This document shows positions 37,599-50,205 of a DNA stretch of 64,000 bases, piece after piece (positions within the stretch are counted from its first letter, which is position 1; the number at the start of each line of letters is the position of its first letter). Where the stretch lies: NCBI RefSeq assembly GCF_006345805.1, contig NC_043001.1, forward strand, positions 15,190,001-15,254,000, given 5' to 3'. The notes under the pieces are model-generated. The model had not been told where the DNA came from, did not search any database, and saw only the letters and a list, made by a program, of their open reading frames with translations. A program made the translations under genes and the position numbers. The stretch comes from Octopus sinensis. Taxonomy: Eukaryota.

Positions 37599-39363
37599 CT
37601 GAAATATTTAATTTTGACATTTCTACATAATAAAATGTCTAAAAGATTTAAGTTACACTGACAACTAGACAATGCACGGTGAGTTAATATAAATAACATT
37701 AAAGATAGTTATTGCTATTTATATAATTATATTGAGAAAATAACAGTGCAGTTATTGAGACTACTTCATAGTGATTGAGTTAAGTGTCATATGAAACATT
37801 ATGTCGTTAGAATACCTGAATGGACATTTAGAAGCACCTAAAAGAGAGATTAAATTTCACCCGTTAACTAGCATGATGCTACGTACGAGTATACAAACTA
37901 AAAGAAATGCATTTTATTACTGACATTAGATTGAGGATAATGTTTGTGATATTCAGCTGTTAAAGTCATAAGATAGACACAAGGAAAAGTAAATCTGTTT
38001 TAAAAGAAAATACATCATCTTTATGATTACTTGCTGAGCTCAACATGACACTGACACCGTACACGTAAAACTGTTAAATTACACAACAGTAATACAACTG
38101 TTGAATTATGCAACAGATTGCTACACTGCTTAAAGAGCTCCACTAAGCAATTATATGTAATCTTCTCAATTTGTGCTATGATCAGCTTGCTTCCGAAACA
38201 AGTAATATTAACGCTAATTTACTTATGATATCAATTTTCAATTTATTCTTTTCTAATCCAGTAAAGAATTCATTAAACTATATGTGACAATGTAGTAAGT
38301 CACATAACAAAAAGTAAACAAGGAAACCAGTGAAGATCTGTGTCAACAGAAATCCATTCATTAAAGTTTAAAAAACGTTTATATATTCTGAAGAGAGAGT
38401 GCTAAAATGTTGGGCTAGGTTCGTTATCAGAGAAAAAAAGAGACTCCACCCAAAATTTTACAATCCTTTTCTCATTACAACACACAAATTCATTTCATTT
38501 TATGAACTTTATTGACCTGTAGTAAAAGTTTCCTACTAAGTAAGTTCTGCAAGTCATTATGGTTCTTCCAAACACTGCATATTTAATTAGTCGCATGGGA
38601 GGAAGTTTTTAAACACAAATTTCATACCAGAAGACCAATTGGTAATTTATTGAAGATGGATCAAAATTACAGTGAGATTAAATGTAGACACTTTGTTATT
38701 AGAAGCAAATTTTAGCTTTTGATGTGCTTTTGGCTATTAATATAATTAAGAAACATTAAGTAAAGTCAGTCCAGTGAAGCTTTTAATTTTTAGTGCCCTG
38801 ATAGCAAAATTATTTACATTTTCTCCTTTTTAAAATTCTTTTCCTTTTTTTTTTTTTGTTTTAGAAACAAAGAAAAATATAAAAAAATATAAGATAAAAG
38901 GGGGTTTCAAAACACACTTTTAAAGAACTTATTTCACTGATCTTTTAGTGCAAACCACAACAGAAAATTGCAGACAGATGATTGGGAACAGAAGGATTGT
39001 CTGCTGCTTCCTAGATTTAAACATCAACAATCGTGTAACACTAACCAAAACATAACAAATTAAATAATGTTATGACTAAATGATCAAAAAGTTTAATAAA
39101 ACGCAACATCAATTAAGTAATATATATGGCTTACATGTATAATGTGTACATGTTAAAGCAGAAACTAGAAACTACACAGCAGTGATTTTACAAAAGAGTG
39201 CAGTTGATAAGGAATAAGCTAACAAAAAAAGAAAAAAAAAAAAATTACAAGAACAAATTGTGTAATGTTTAGGGAGGATAATAGTAACTAGTAACATCCT
39301 GCAATAACAACTCGGTAATTATGAAGATCATTGAAAGAAGGAAGAGGAGAGATTTAAATTTAC

Positions 39364-39396
39364 CATACAAAGAAGTCGTCTTATCTGTCAGGAATA
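39364..39396 (-). CDS. Candidate 33-nt exon (xFLTDKTTSLYx)
   Basis: Long pyrimidine acceptor ctttctttatttcttttgtatttctcttataag, donor ATG|GTAAAT; one frame open. Confidence 0.25.
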
Positions 39397-39449
39397 CTTA
39401 TAAGAGAAATACAAAAGAAATAAAGAAAGCAATGTATAGGTTGTCGTTC

Positions 39450-39785
39450 GTTTCATCGTTTAACGTCCGCTTTCCATGCTAGCATGGGTTGGATGATTGA
39501 CTGAGGGCTGGCAAACCAGATGGCTGCACCAGGCTTCAATCTTGATCTGGCAGAGTTTCTACAGCTGGATGCCCTTCCTAATGCCAACCACTCCGAGAGT
39601 GTAGTGGGTGCTTTTACGTGCCACCGGCATGGGGCCAGTCAGGTGGTACTGGCAACGACCTCGCTCGAATTTTTTTACACATGCCACCGGCACAGGTGCC
39701 AGTAAGGCGATGCTGGTAATGATCACGCTCGAATGGTGTCTTTCACATGCCACCGGCATGGAGGCCAGATAGCCGCTCTGGCATC
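39450..39785 (-). mobile_element. RTE 3' end with UTR repeats
   Basis: Family match. Confidence 0.85.
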
Positions 39786-40934
39786 TGTTTATCCGTTTAA
39801 TCTTTTACTAGCTTTGATCATTGGACTCTGGCCTCACTGGGACACTTCCAAAGATTTTGGTGTGTTATATCAATCTCAGTACTTGTATTTTTCTCTCTTT
39901 TCAGTTGTCATGCCAACAAGAGTCAGCAGTCATGGATTTTCGTGCCAAAATCTGAAGATTCAGGATTTGTCTTGGGAAAGATACAGCAATGGTTTCCCCT
40001 CACCTTCAATTGGCTTCTTTACAGTTTACTTTGCAAGTCTCCTGAGCTTACTCTTGAGGTATAGAGACTCAACACTTAGGTACAGGACTGGGTCATATGA
40101 CATCAAGCATGTTCACTCATCAGTAGCTGTGTGTGACAGGTCTATAGGCCAGCTCTCCTCTGAGTCCTAAGGTATACCTTAGCTATAGCACCATCTGCTA
40201 ACTGACCCATAAATAGGTACTACTCTTAAAAGGCACTACCAACCCAGGTGAGAGTAGTAATGACAAAGTAGTAGTAGTAGTGGTGACTGAAGGGATAATT
40301 CCATATTCCTCAAAAAACTTCTGAACTCCCAAACTGGATACAGTGGATTCAGTTTAATATTTTGCCTATTTTAATGACACCAAAAAGGTGACATATTGTA
40401 GACTTTACTGTGATTTGATATCAGATTATAAAAAGCTGCAACAAAATACCATGAGGTACTTTTTCCGCCATTCTACTATCTTAAGTAAATGTCCTACCAT
40501 TGGGTGAAGTATTATTGTAATTTTTTTAGTCATTTTATTTATTTATTTTTGCTGTTCTGCTCAGTGACCAACATTAAATAATAATTAAACAACAGATATA
40601 AGAATTTTACAGTTCTTAAATATAATCAAGCATTAGAAATTCAAATTAAAAGCTTAATTGAACATTTGAGTAAGTTAATAGTAAAGTATTTACACAGATA
40701 AAAAGGTTAAAAGGTTATTTCAGTATTAATTAATATTGTAGAAAAGTTAACCAGGTAACGTAATTATCATCTAATATTTGTGAGGAGATTAAAAAGTCAT
40801 TATACAGAATTTTGCAACCACCACAAAATAATTAGCGATTCTTTCATCACTTCAAAAAGTATGATGAAGTCTGCGCTTTGTTGGAGAAGTCAGAATAATA
40901 CCGAAACAGTTGAGGTCAGAATAATACTGTTAAT

Positions 40935-41590
40935 CATAATCATCATCATCATTTAATGTCCATTGTCCATGCTGGCATGGGTTGGACGGTTTAACAAAAG
41001 CTGGTAAGCTGGGGAGCTTCACCAGACTCCAGTTGGATTTGGCATGGTTTCTACAGCTGGATGTCCTTACTCTTTTACTTGTTTCAGTCATTTGACTGCA
41101 GCCATGCTGGAGCACCACCTTTCGTTGAGGAAATTGACCCCAGGATTTATTCTTTGTAAGCCTAGTACTTATTCTATCGATCTCTTTTGCTGAACTGCTA
41201 AGTTATAGGGACGTAAACACACCAGCATCAGTTGTCAAGCGATGTTGGGGGTGGGGACAAACACAGACACACATATATATACATATACACAACGGGCTTC
41301 TTTCAGTTTCTGTCTACCAAATCCACTCACAAGGCTTTGGTCGACCCAAGGCTATAGTAGAAGACAATTGCCCAAGGTGCCACGTAGTGGGACTGAACCC
41401 GGAACCATGTGGTTGGTAAGCAAGCTAATTACCACACAGCCACTCCTGTGCCCTTCCTAATATGTCAACCACTCCAAGAGTGTAATGGGTGCTTTTACAT
41501 GCCAGTTTCAGTGACACCAGTATCTGCCACAACTACAATTTCACTTGGTTAGATGGGCCTTCTACTCAAGCACAGCATATTGCCAAAAGT
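40935..41590 (-). mobile_element. RTE 3' end interrupted by SINE A (41065-41450, minus)
   Basis: RTE tail breaks at GGATGTCCTT and resumes at GCCCTTCCTAAT. Confidence 0.8.
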
Positions 41591-42039
41591 CTCGGATCAT
41601 TAACTATTATGTTTTCATAAGTGGAAACTGGGTGAATAGTAAAAGATGCTGCTGCTAACAGATAGAAACAAGTCACTGGATTTAAATAAAAAGGTGGAAT
41701 AGACGGTTGCATCATTTGATTAGGAATGATTTGGATGAGAGCAATTGACAACAACAAAAATTTATTGATAAAAAGTCTAGGGGTCAAAGAAAGCACAACT
41801 GATATAGCAAGTTCAGAATCCAGAAGATTAAACAGAACACAACACATGAAAAATTAACACAACCAGATTTCAAAATGCTTTTTGTTGAAGGGCTTCACTA
41901 ACATTAAAATCAAGGGAAGTATTTTGGTTTAGTATTCATACAAAAGTCAGCCAAAATAACTGATTTTTAAGGACTCATTACTGAAAATAACTAATTAAAA
42001 TTTTTCAATAATGGTTTCAATTGCTTAATGGTATTGAAA

Positions 42040-42280
42040 ATTGGCGGCGAGCTGGCAGAAACGTTAGCACGCCGGGCGAAATGCTTAGCGGTATTTCATC
42101 TGCGTTACGCTGTGAGTTCAAATTCCGCCAAGGTCGACTTTGCCTTTCATCCTTTCGGGGTCGATAAATTAAGTACCAGTTACGCACTGGGTTCGATATA
42201 ATCAAATTAATACCTATGGCTGTCCTTGTTTGTCCCCTCTGTGTTTAGCTCCTTGTGGGTAATAAAGAAATAGGTATTGA
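42040..42280 (+). mobile_element. SINE family B, alternative tail
   Basis: Tail ...GTCCTTGTTTGTCCCTCTGTGTTTAGC..TGTGGGTAATAAAGAAATAGG. Confidence 0.85.
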
Positions 42281-42955
42281 AAATGAGAGGACTAGCACTG
42301 AGAGTCAGAAGAGTCTTATCTTAAAGAGTCATAAGACTCCTATTATGTATCTACATTCATGGGCAGATATATATATATATATAGAGAGAGAGATATTGAG
42401 TTCACCTAATTCAAAAGTATTTACTTCAAGGCAATTCATATTCTATGTGTCTAAAATAGGGGGTGACAGTGCTAAGCAGTGATGTGTATAAATACAAACT
42501 TGTTACAAATTCAAATATGCTTGAGGAATATTTGAACCTGTGAGAAAGCTATTCACTGTATTTTGTTATGGAGAATATTTCTCAGTGTCAACAGAAATCA
42601 CATTGAGTTAGCTCATGGTGTCCTCTAACCAGACTGTTGGATGCATGCATTTTGGAGTGGTTCTCTCTTCTTCAGCAACAGAGACCGGAAAGGCAAATGC
42701 TACAGGGCAATTATAGGGGCTGATTCTACACAACGCAATTTGTCATTTTCCCTTTAAGTGTAAAAACAAATATAATCTTATATCAACACACATAATAAAC
42801 ATTTGATTTATTAGGCGGAAAAAAATTGAAGATAAATAGCATCTGAAACTCTCAAAGTTAGAAGTATGAAATAAGCATTGTAAGTAATAAGGTCTTAAAA
42901 ATCTTACTTAAATTTCTTATAGATGTAAGGATATGAATCTAGTGTGGAAAATCAT

Positions 42956-43249
42956 TTAACCCTTTGAACTTCAACTTGCTCTTAGATATTAAAGTGTTCA
43001 AATTTATGTTCAAATTTTGGACTGAAATCTTAATATTACATAAAAGATTCTATAAAATTTTGTATTGCTTTACAAATACTAACACATTGCTCCTTGTGTC
43101 TTCAGTGAAGGCTGTGTGTATTGTTTTTTTTTTAATATTTTTTTATATTTATGATACATTTAACTTTTATTACTTTGAAAGTTACTATTTTTCTTATCTG
43201 TTTCAAGAATAAAAGCACAAAACCAGAGAGTATTTGTGTCAGGGGTTAA
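42956..43249. mobile_element. Possible piggyBac-like MITE (family 3)
   Basis: TTAACCCTTTGA ... TCAGGGGTTAA. Confidence 0.4.
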
Positions 43250-43354
43250 AAGCAATCATTTTTGAAACAATTTAAACGAAAAGAGACAAGTTTGTTAAAA
43301 CCACATTAAGTAATGTACTCTTTACATTAGCATGACAATATTCTTTCTTATTCA

Positions 43355-43572
43355 AGTGGCGAGCTTGCAGAAACGTTAGCATGCTGGACAAAATGCTTAG
43401 CAGTATTTCATCTGTCTTTACATTCTGAGTTCAAATTCCGCCGAAGTTGACTTTGCCATTCATCCTTTTGGGGTCGATAAATTAAGTACCAGTTGCATAC
43501 TGGGGTTGATCTAATTGTCTAGGCCCCCTCCCCAAAAATTTTGGGCCTTGTGCCTAGAATAGAAAAGAATAT
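43355..43572 (+). mobile_element. SINE family B
   Basis: Family match. Confidence 0.85.
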
Positions 43573-43589
43573 ATTTTCTTATATTAACC

Positions 43590-43800
43590 TTACTCTTTAC
43601 TCTCTTTTATTTGTTTCAGTCTTTTGAATGCAGCCATGCTGGAGCACCGCCTTTAGTCGAGCAAATCGACCCCAGGACTTATTCTTTGTAAGCCTAGTAC
43701 TTATTCTATCGGCTTCTTTAGCTGAACTATTAAGTTATGGGGATGTAAACACATCAGCATCCATTGTCAAGCGATGTTGGGGGGACAAACACGGATACAT

Positions 43801-43833
<33 letters not shown>

Positions 43834-44030
43834 CATACATATATACATACATATACATATATACAATGGGCTTCTTTCAGTTTCCGTCTACCAAATCCAC
43901 TCACAAGGCTTTGGTCAGTCCAAGGCTATAGTAGAAGACACTTACCCAAAGTGCCACACAGTGGGACTGAACCCAGAACCACGTGGTTGGTAAGCAAGCT
44001 ACTTACCACACAGCCACTCCCGCGCCTATT
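43590..44030 (-). mobile_element. SINE family A, full length
   Basis: Family match with central (TA/CA)n. Confidence 0.9.
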
Positions 44031-44079
44031 GGTAATTTTTTTTAAAAGTAATAAAACCGAATGCTCTCATCATAATAAT

Positions 44080-44760
44080 AATCATCATCATCATTTAACA
44101 TCTTCCTTCCAAGCTGGTATGGGTTAGATGATTTGACAGGAGCTGGCAAGTCAGAAGACTATGCCAAGGTCTACGGTCTGCTTTGGTATGGTTTCTATGG
44201 CTGGATGTCCTTTCCAACACCAGCAATGTTACAGAATGTACTGGGTGCTTTTTACATGACCTCAGTAACTTGCAAGACAAAATCTCTCAATTGAGGCGGG
44301 GATAGTTTAGTACCAGGTGATGAATGGAGAGACAATCACAGGTGTCTTGCAGTAGTGGAGATACATGAATACCTCAGTAAGAGAGAGAAGAGAGGGATTA
44401 GATGGTAAAGATGTCACTGGGGTGTGGGGCAAGGATTGGATAAGGGAAGAGGGTGGGTAAGGTTGCAAGGTTGTAAAGAAAAGTGGGAGATGGAGGGGAG
44501 AGGTGTAGCGAATAGGCACACATAGTGGGAGGTGGGGGCAGTGTTAGGAGGATATGTTGTGAGGGGGAAGTATTGGGAAGATGGGGTGTAGGGGAGGGGT
44601 TTGTCATGGACAGACTGTGTGTAGGAACATGGACATAAAGGACATGCCGCCTTTTTGGCCACAATTTCGCTTAGCTGGACAGATCTTCTCAAGCACAGCA
44701 CATTGCCAATTGTCTCAGTCCCTTGTCATCTCCTCTGTGAGGATCAACATCTGAAGCTGT
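44080..44760 (-). mobile_element. RTE 3' end subfamily with a strand-asymmetric purine/pyrimidine UTR module (44330-44640)
   Basis: Tail, G-rich block, then ORF2 C-terminal remnant; module homologs at 59890-60110 and 63755-64000. Confidence 0.75.
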
Positions 44761-45069
44761 AAATAAATGGATGTATGACACAGCAATAATGGATCAAAGA
44801 GGATTCAAATAAATCAAGAAACTTTTCTTCTTAAATTTAAGTTCCTTTTCTTCACTTTCAGGAGAGGTACAGGCATTCTGTGTTTAAGAAGTTTGCTTCC
44901 CAACTACACTGTTTCGGGTTCAGTGCCACAGTGTTACACTTTAGGCAAGTGTTTTCTACTATGGCACCAAGTCAATCAAAGCTTTGTGGGAGAATTTGCT
45001 AGATGGAAACAGAAAGAAGCTTGTCATGTGTGCATGTGTGTGTGTACATGTATACATCTATGTCTCCAA

Positions 45070-45297
45070 CCGATCGTGACCGTTGCCAGTCTCACCTGGC
45101 ACCTGTGCCGGTGGCACGTAAAAAGCACCCACTACACTCACGGAGTGGTTGGCATTAGGAAGGGCATGCAGCTGTAGAAACACTGCCAGATCAGTCTGAA
45201 GCCTGGTGCAGCCTCCTGGCTTCCCAGACCCCGGTCGAACCATCCAACTTATGCTAGCATGGAAAATGGACGTTAAATGATGATGATGATGATGATC
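45070..45297 (+). mobile_element. RTE 3' end with (GAT)n tail
   Basis: Family match. Confidence 0.85.
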
Positions 45298-46531
45298 TCC
45301 AGGTGTTAGTTGTAAATGAGCATCATTGTTATAGAAGCAGTGTTGTTCATTTCCATTACTCAGCAAAAACATGTCTGGTCATGGAGGAATATCACCTTGC
45401 TTGAAAACAGGTAAGGTTTGGTGACAGGAAGGGCATCCAGCCATAGAAAATATGCCCCAATAAACTCCATCTGACCCATGCAAGTATGGAAAAGTGGATG
45501 TCAAAATGATGATGATGATGAAAGACACAGCACTTCCAGTCCATACTACAGACCTGCTTAGGTTGTTATAAAATTTATTGATGTGAGGTTCACTAAGCAT
45601 CTGTCTCAAAGCAGCACCTGCATCCGGACAAGTTATGCACCTTAGAGTAAAGATCCCATTACTTCCTGCACAAGTTTGAATCATTATAACCAAACAACAT
45701 GCAGGCTTCTCTGCAACAACAATTGACATTTACTCAGAAACATCTCATGGGGAGACAAAGAGAGGGTCGCAATTGAAGAGACAGGTTAAGGTTGCTGCAG
45801 AGAGTTATGTCCACTTCACACAACAGCTAACATCAGTTCAAAAGATTAGAACCATTCCCCACAAAAATAATTGGTCTTTTATCCAAATAATAATACACAC
45901 TTATAACTTTCAAATAATATCAAGTTATTTTAATTCTGATTTTCATTGCATTTATTCATTTTTTAAAAATAATTTTCAAACAAAAATCTTTTTGTCAATG
46001 AATATAATATTTTAATGCTACTGGAAAAACTGATGAACATTAAAAAAACAACAACAAACAAAGCTAATCTCTAAACCAAACAATTAACTCAAAGTAATCA
46101 AGAAAATTACAGGAAAATACAATAGTGATGCCTAAAACAGAACAGGGAATTTCAATGACTGTTACAGCTCTAAGATAGTCATTCTTTGGGTGATTTGATA
46201 CATGACTAAGATGCAACTCCATTTGTTATTTCTAACAAGAGATTATGTGTTTTGACAGTAAAACTTTAGATCAGAAGAGAAAAATTGTTGAGTGAGGAAA
46301 AATGCTTATCTTGTGTTTACAGCTTAACGAAGACATAAATGTACTCTTGTTTATCTTTTATTTATATTATTTATTTTGTTACCTTATTCAAAATGGTAGG
46401 CATATGTTTAATGTAGTTTCAATGTATAGTAAGCTGTTGTTAATAGCATTATATTATAAGATACTACATGCACTTGTTTCTTATTTAGAAAAGATTTTAC
46501 TCATAACCACAAGAGAATAAAGTTGTTTCTT

Positions 46532-47038
46532 TTACTTTCTTTCATTTGTTTCAGGCATTTGACTGCGGCCATGCTGGAGCACCGCCTTTAGTTGAGTACA
46601 TTGACCCCAGGACTTATTCTTTGTAAGCCTAGTACTTATTCCATCAATCTCTTTTGCCGAACTGCTAAGTTGCGGGGACATAAATACACCAGCATCGGTT
46701 GTCAAGAGATGTTGGGGAAGACAAACACAGACACACACACATACATATAAGCCTTGTGAGTGGATTTGAGAGACGGAAACTGAAAGAAGCCTGTCATATA
46801 TATATATATATAATATAATATATATGTATATGTTTGTGTATCTGTATTTGTCCCCCCACCATCGCTTGACAACCGATGCTGGTGTGTTTGTGTCTCTATA
46901 ACTTAGCGGTTCGGCAAAAGAAACCGACAGAATAAGTACTAGGCTTACAAAAAGTCCCAGGGTTGATTTGCTCAACTAAAGGCAGTGCTCCAGCATGGTC
47001 ACAGTCAAATCACTGAAACAAATATAAGAATAAAAGAA
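46532..47038. mobile_element. Inverted pair of SINE A 3' halves (- 46532-46745, + 46750-47038)
   Basis: The same tail is present in both orientations. Confidence 0.85.
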
Positions 47039-47234
47039 CAGGCTTAGGAACAGGAGGTGAAAGAGCTCCCACCACCTAAAATCCTTTGTTGAGACAACGA
47101 AAATGCTTTGAACATCCTCTTGAAAAACTTAATCACTAAAGCAAATGAGTGCAAAAACATTTTTGAACTCATTTGAAACCTTATTTTTCCATTATTGGGT
47201 TCATCTGATTTGAGTCATGTACAAATACAGATTT

Positions 47235-47828
47235 TGAAGGTGACGAGCTGGCAGAAACGTTAGCACGCTGGGCGAAATGCTTAGTGGTATTTCGTCTGTC
47301 TTTACATTCTGAGTTCAAATTCCACTGAGGCCGACTTTACCTTTCATCCTTTCGGGGTCGATATAATCGACTTAATCCGTCTGTCTGTCCTTGTTTGTCC
47401 CCTTCTGTGTTTAGCCCCTTGTTGGTAGTAAAGAAATAGCTATTTCGTCTGTCTTTACATTCTGAGTTCAAATTCCGCTGAGGTTGACTTTGCCTTTCAT
47501 CCTTTCAGGGTTGATAAATTAAGTACCAGTTGCGTACTGGGGTTGATCTAATCAACTGGACTCCTCCCCCAAAATTCGAGCTTTGTGCTTAGAGTAAAAA
47601 AGAATATTTTAAGGTGGTGAGCGGGCAGAATTGTTAGCATGCAGGGCAAAATGCTTAGCAGTATTTGTCTGTCTTTACGTTCTGAGTTCAAATTCTGCCA
47701 AGGTCAACTTTGCCTTTCATCCTTTCGGGGTCAATAAATTAAGTACCAGTCGCGTACTGGGTTCGATCGAATCGACTGGACTCCTCCCCAAAAATTTCAG
47801 GCCTTGTGCCTAGAGTAGAAAAGAATAC
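47235..47828 (+). mobile_element. Head-to-tail array of three SINE B units with both tail types
   Basis: TACATTCTGAGTTCAAATTC..CTTTCATCCTTTC recurs three times. Confidence 0.85.
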
Positions 47829-48161
47829 AGATTTTGGCCTGGGTTTGCACCCCACAAGCTGATTATGTTCCTGCGCTTATGACTGTGACTGTTCCTTTTT
47901 TTTCTTCCGATAATATGCCTCCTAGTGCTACGTTATCTAATGTTTGTTTTTGTTTTTCTTAAAGAGGACAGAGTGTAATGTGGAGGTGATTTGACTGCTA
48001 TTTCTAGCATTTTAAGTTTAAATCTTGCATGTGATTGACTTAGCCCTCCATTCCTCTATGGTCAATAAAATAAAGAAGCACCAGTAAGCAACACGCTGGA
48101 AATTGAATTCATTAGCTACAACTTTCTGTCATGAATTTGTGGTGATGTGCCAATGTAAGAA

Positions 48162-48781
48162 TAATGGTTCTCAACCAGGGTCCACCATGACCCTTGGGAA
48201 TCCTTTAAGATTTTGGTATTAAAATTTATTTGCAAGAAATTGGTTTTATGCTTCTACAATACACAAAATAATTGTTTTTTAAAATATAATTCTCAGGCTG
48301 TGTGGTAAGTAGCTTGCTAACCAACCACACGGTTCCGGGTTCAGTCCCACTGCGTGGCATCTTGGGCAAGTGTCTTCTGCTATAGCCTCGGGCCAACCAA
48401 AGCCTTGTGAGTGGATTTGGTAGACGGAAACTGAAAGAAGCCTGTCGTATATATGTATGTGTGTGTGTGTGTGTGTATGTTTGTGTTTGTCCCTCTAGCA
48501 TTGCTTGACAACTGATGCTGGTGTGTTTACGTCCCCGTCACTTAGCGGTTCGGCAAAAGAGACCGATAGAATAAGTACTGGGCTTACAAAGAATAAGTCC
48601 CGGGGTCGATTTGCTCGACTAAAAGGCGGTGCTCCAGCATGGCCGCAGTCAAATGACTGAAACAAGTAAAAAGAGAAAAAGAATATAATAGGAATTTTTA
48701 AATATCAAATGGCTTTGAGGATCCACTTTAGAAACATAGGAATCAAAGAAGTCCATAAGAAAAAATTGTTGAAAACCACAG
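48162..48781. mobile_element. hAT (Charlie-type) MITE interrupted by SINE A (+, 48295-48680)
   Basis: TAATGGTTCTCAACC ... GTTGAAAACCACAG resembles a CAGTGGTTCTCAAC TIR; right flank ATCTAGAA matches the NTCTAGAN target preference. Confidence 0.6.
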
Positions 48782-48869
48782 ATCTAGAAAGTGTGAAACA
48801 CAGCAAAGTTCTTTCCTCAATGATACAACACAATGACTGCAATTAGAAACCAATATTCTAGTTATCAGC

Positions 48870-49280
48870 CATACTCTTTTACTCTTTTACTTGTTTCAGT
48901 CATTTGACTGCAGCCATGCTGGAGCACTGCCTTTAGTCGAGCAAATCGACCCCAGGACTTATTCTTTGTAAGCCCAGTACTTATTCTATCGGTCTCTTTT
49001 GCCGAACCGCTAAGTGACAGGGACGTAAACACACCAGCATTGGTTGTCAAGCAATGCTAGGGGGACAAACACAGACACACAAACATATACACACACACTT
49101 ATATATATACATATATATGACAGGCTTCTTTCAGTTTCCGTCTACCAAATCCACTCACAAGGCATTGGTTGGCCCGGGGCTATAGCAGAAGACACTTGCC
49201 CAAGATGCCACGCAGTGGGACTGAACCCGGAACCATGTGGTTGGTTAGCAAGCTACTTACCACACAGCCACTCCTGCGCC
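48870..49280 (-). mobile_element. SINE family A, young full length
   Basis: Family match, CpG-rich. Confidence 0.9.
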
Positions 49281-49816
49281 ATACTGATAATTTTCTAAAT
49301 GACACATTATATTTTGCCATAAAAAACCTACAACTCTACTAATCCCAATACTTAACCTGCAAACAATAATACAGAATTTTGGTATTTAGTTTGTAAGATT
49401 TATGTTGTGAACTTGTGTGCTGAAACAGATTTTGTTGTATATCGAGAGGGTTAATGTGCCAATAATAAATATATACACTGGTTCTATTTCACTTCTTTTA
49501 TCACTATTAATCAATTCATTAACCATCTAAACAATTAAGCAATTGACTGACTGACCATTCCTTTCGTTGCCATTTGCAACTTCATCAATGACATGCCCTC
49601 TTAGCTCTGGATCTGTTTGAGGTCTGCCTGCCTCAAAACAAGCCTAGCTGAATGACTAAATGATTAGTAAAACAATTGGTTAAATAATAAGTTAAATGCT
49701 AATGAAATTGGGTAATAGTAGTATAAGAAGTAAAATAGAACCAGTGCATGTCGTTTATTATTGGCATAATGACCCTCCCAAGATGCAACAAAAAAATATA
49801 CAGAAAATATATAAAT

Positions 49817-50205
49817 AGGTGCAGGAGTGGTTGTGTGGTAAGTAGCTTGCTTACCAACCACATGGTTCCGGGTTCAGTCCCACTGCGTGGCATCTTGGGC
49901 AAGTGTCTTCTACTATAGCCCCGGGCCGACCAATGCCTTGTGAGTGGATTTGGTAGACGGAAACTGAAAGAAGCCTATCGTATATATGTATATATATGTA
50001 TATGTATGTGTGTGTGTGTGTGTGTGTGTGTATGTATGCTTGTGTGTCTGTGTTTGTCCCCCCAACATCGCTTGACAACCGATGCTGGTATGTTTATGTC
50101 CCCGTAACTTAGTGGTTCAACAAGAGAGACTGATAGAATAAGCACTAGGCTTAGAAAGAATAAGTCCTGGGGGTCAACTGAAACAAGTAAAAGAATAAAA
50201 GAATA
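49817..50205 (+). mobile_element. SINE family A
   Basis: Family match; small 3' deletion. Confidence 0.9.

Noticed and set aside
37337-37699. 120-aa minus-strand ORF as a single-exon gene
   Set aside because: AT-rich and low in information; only a 53-nt internal piece has splice signals.
45379-45729. 116-aa minus-strand ORF
   Set aside because: It runs into a retroposon tail and has no convincing donor or known motif.
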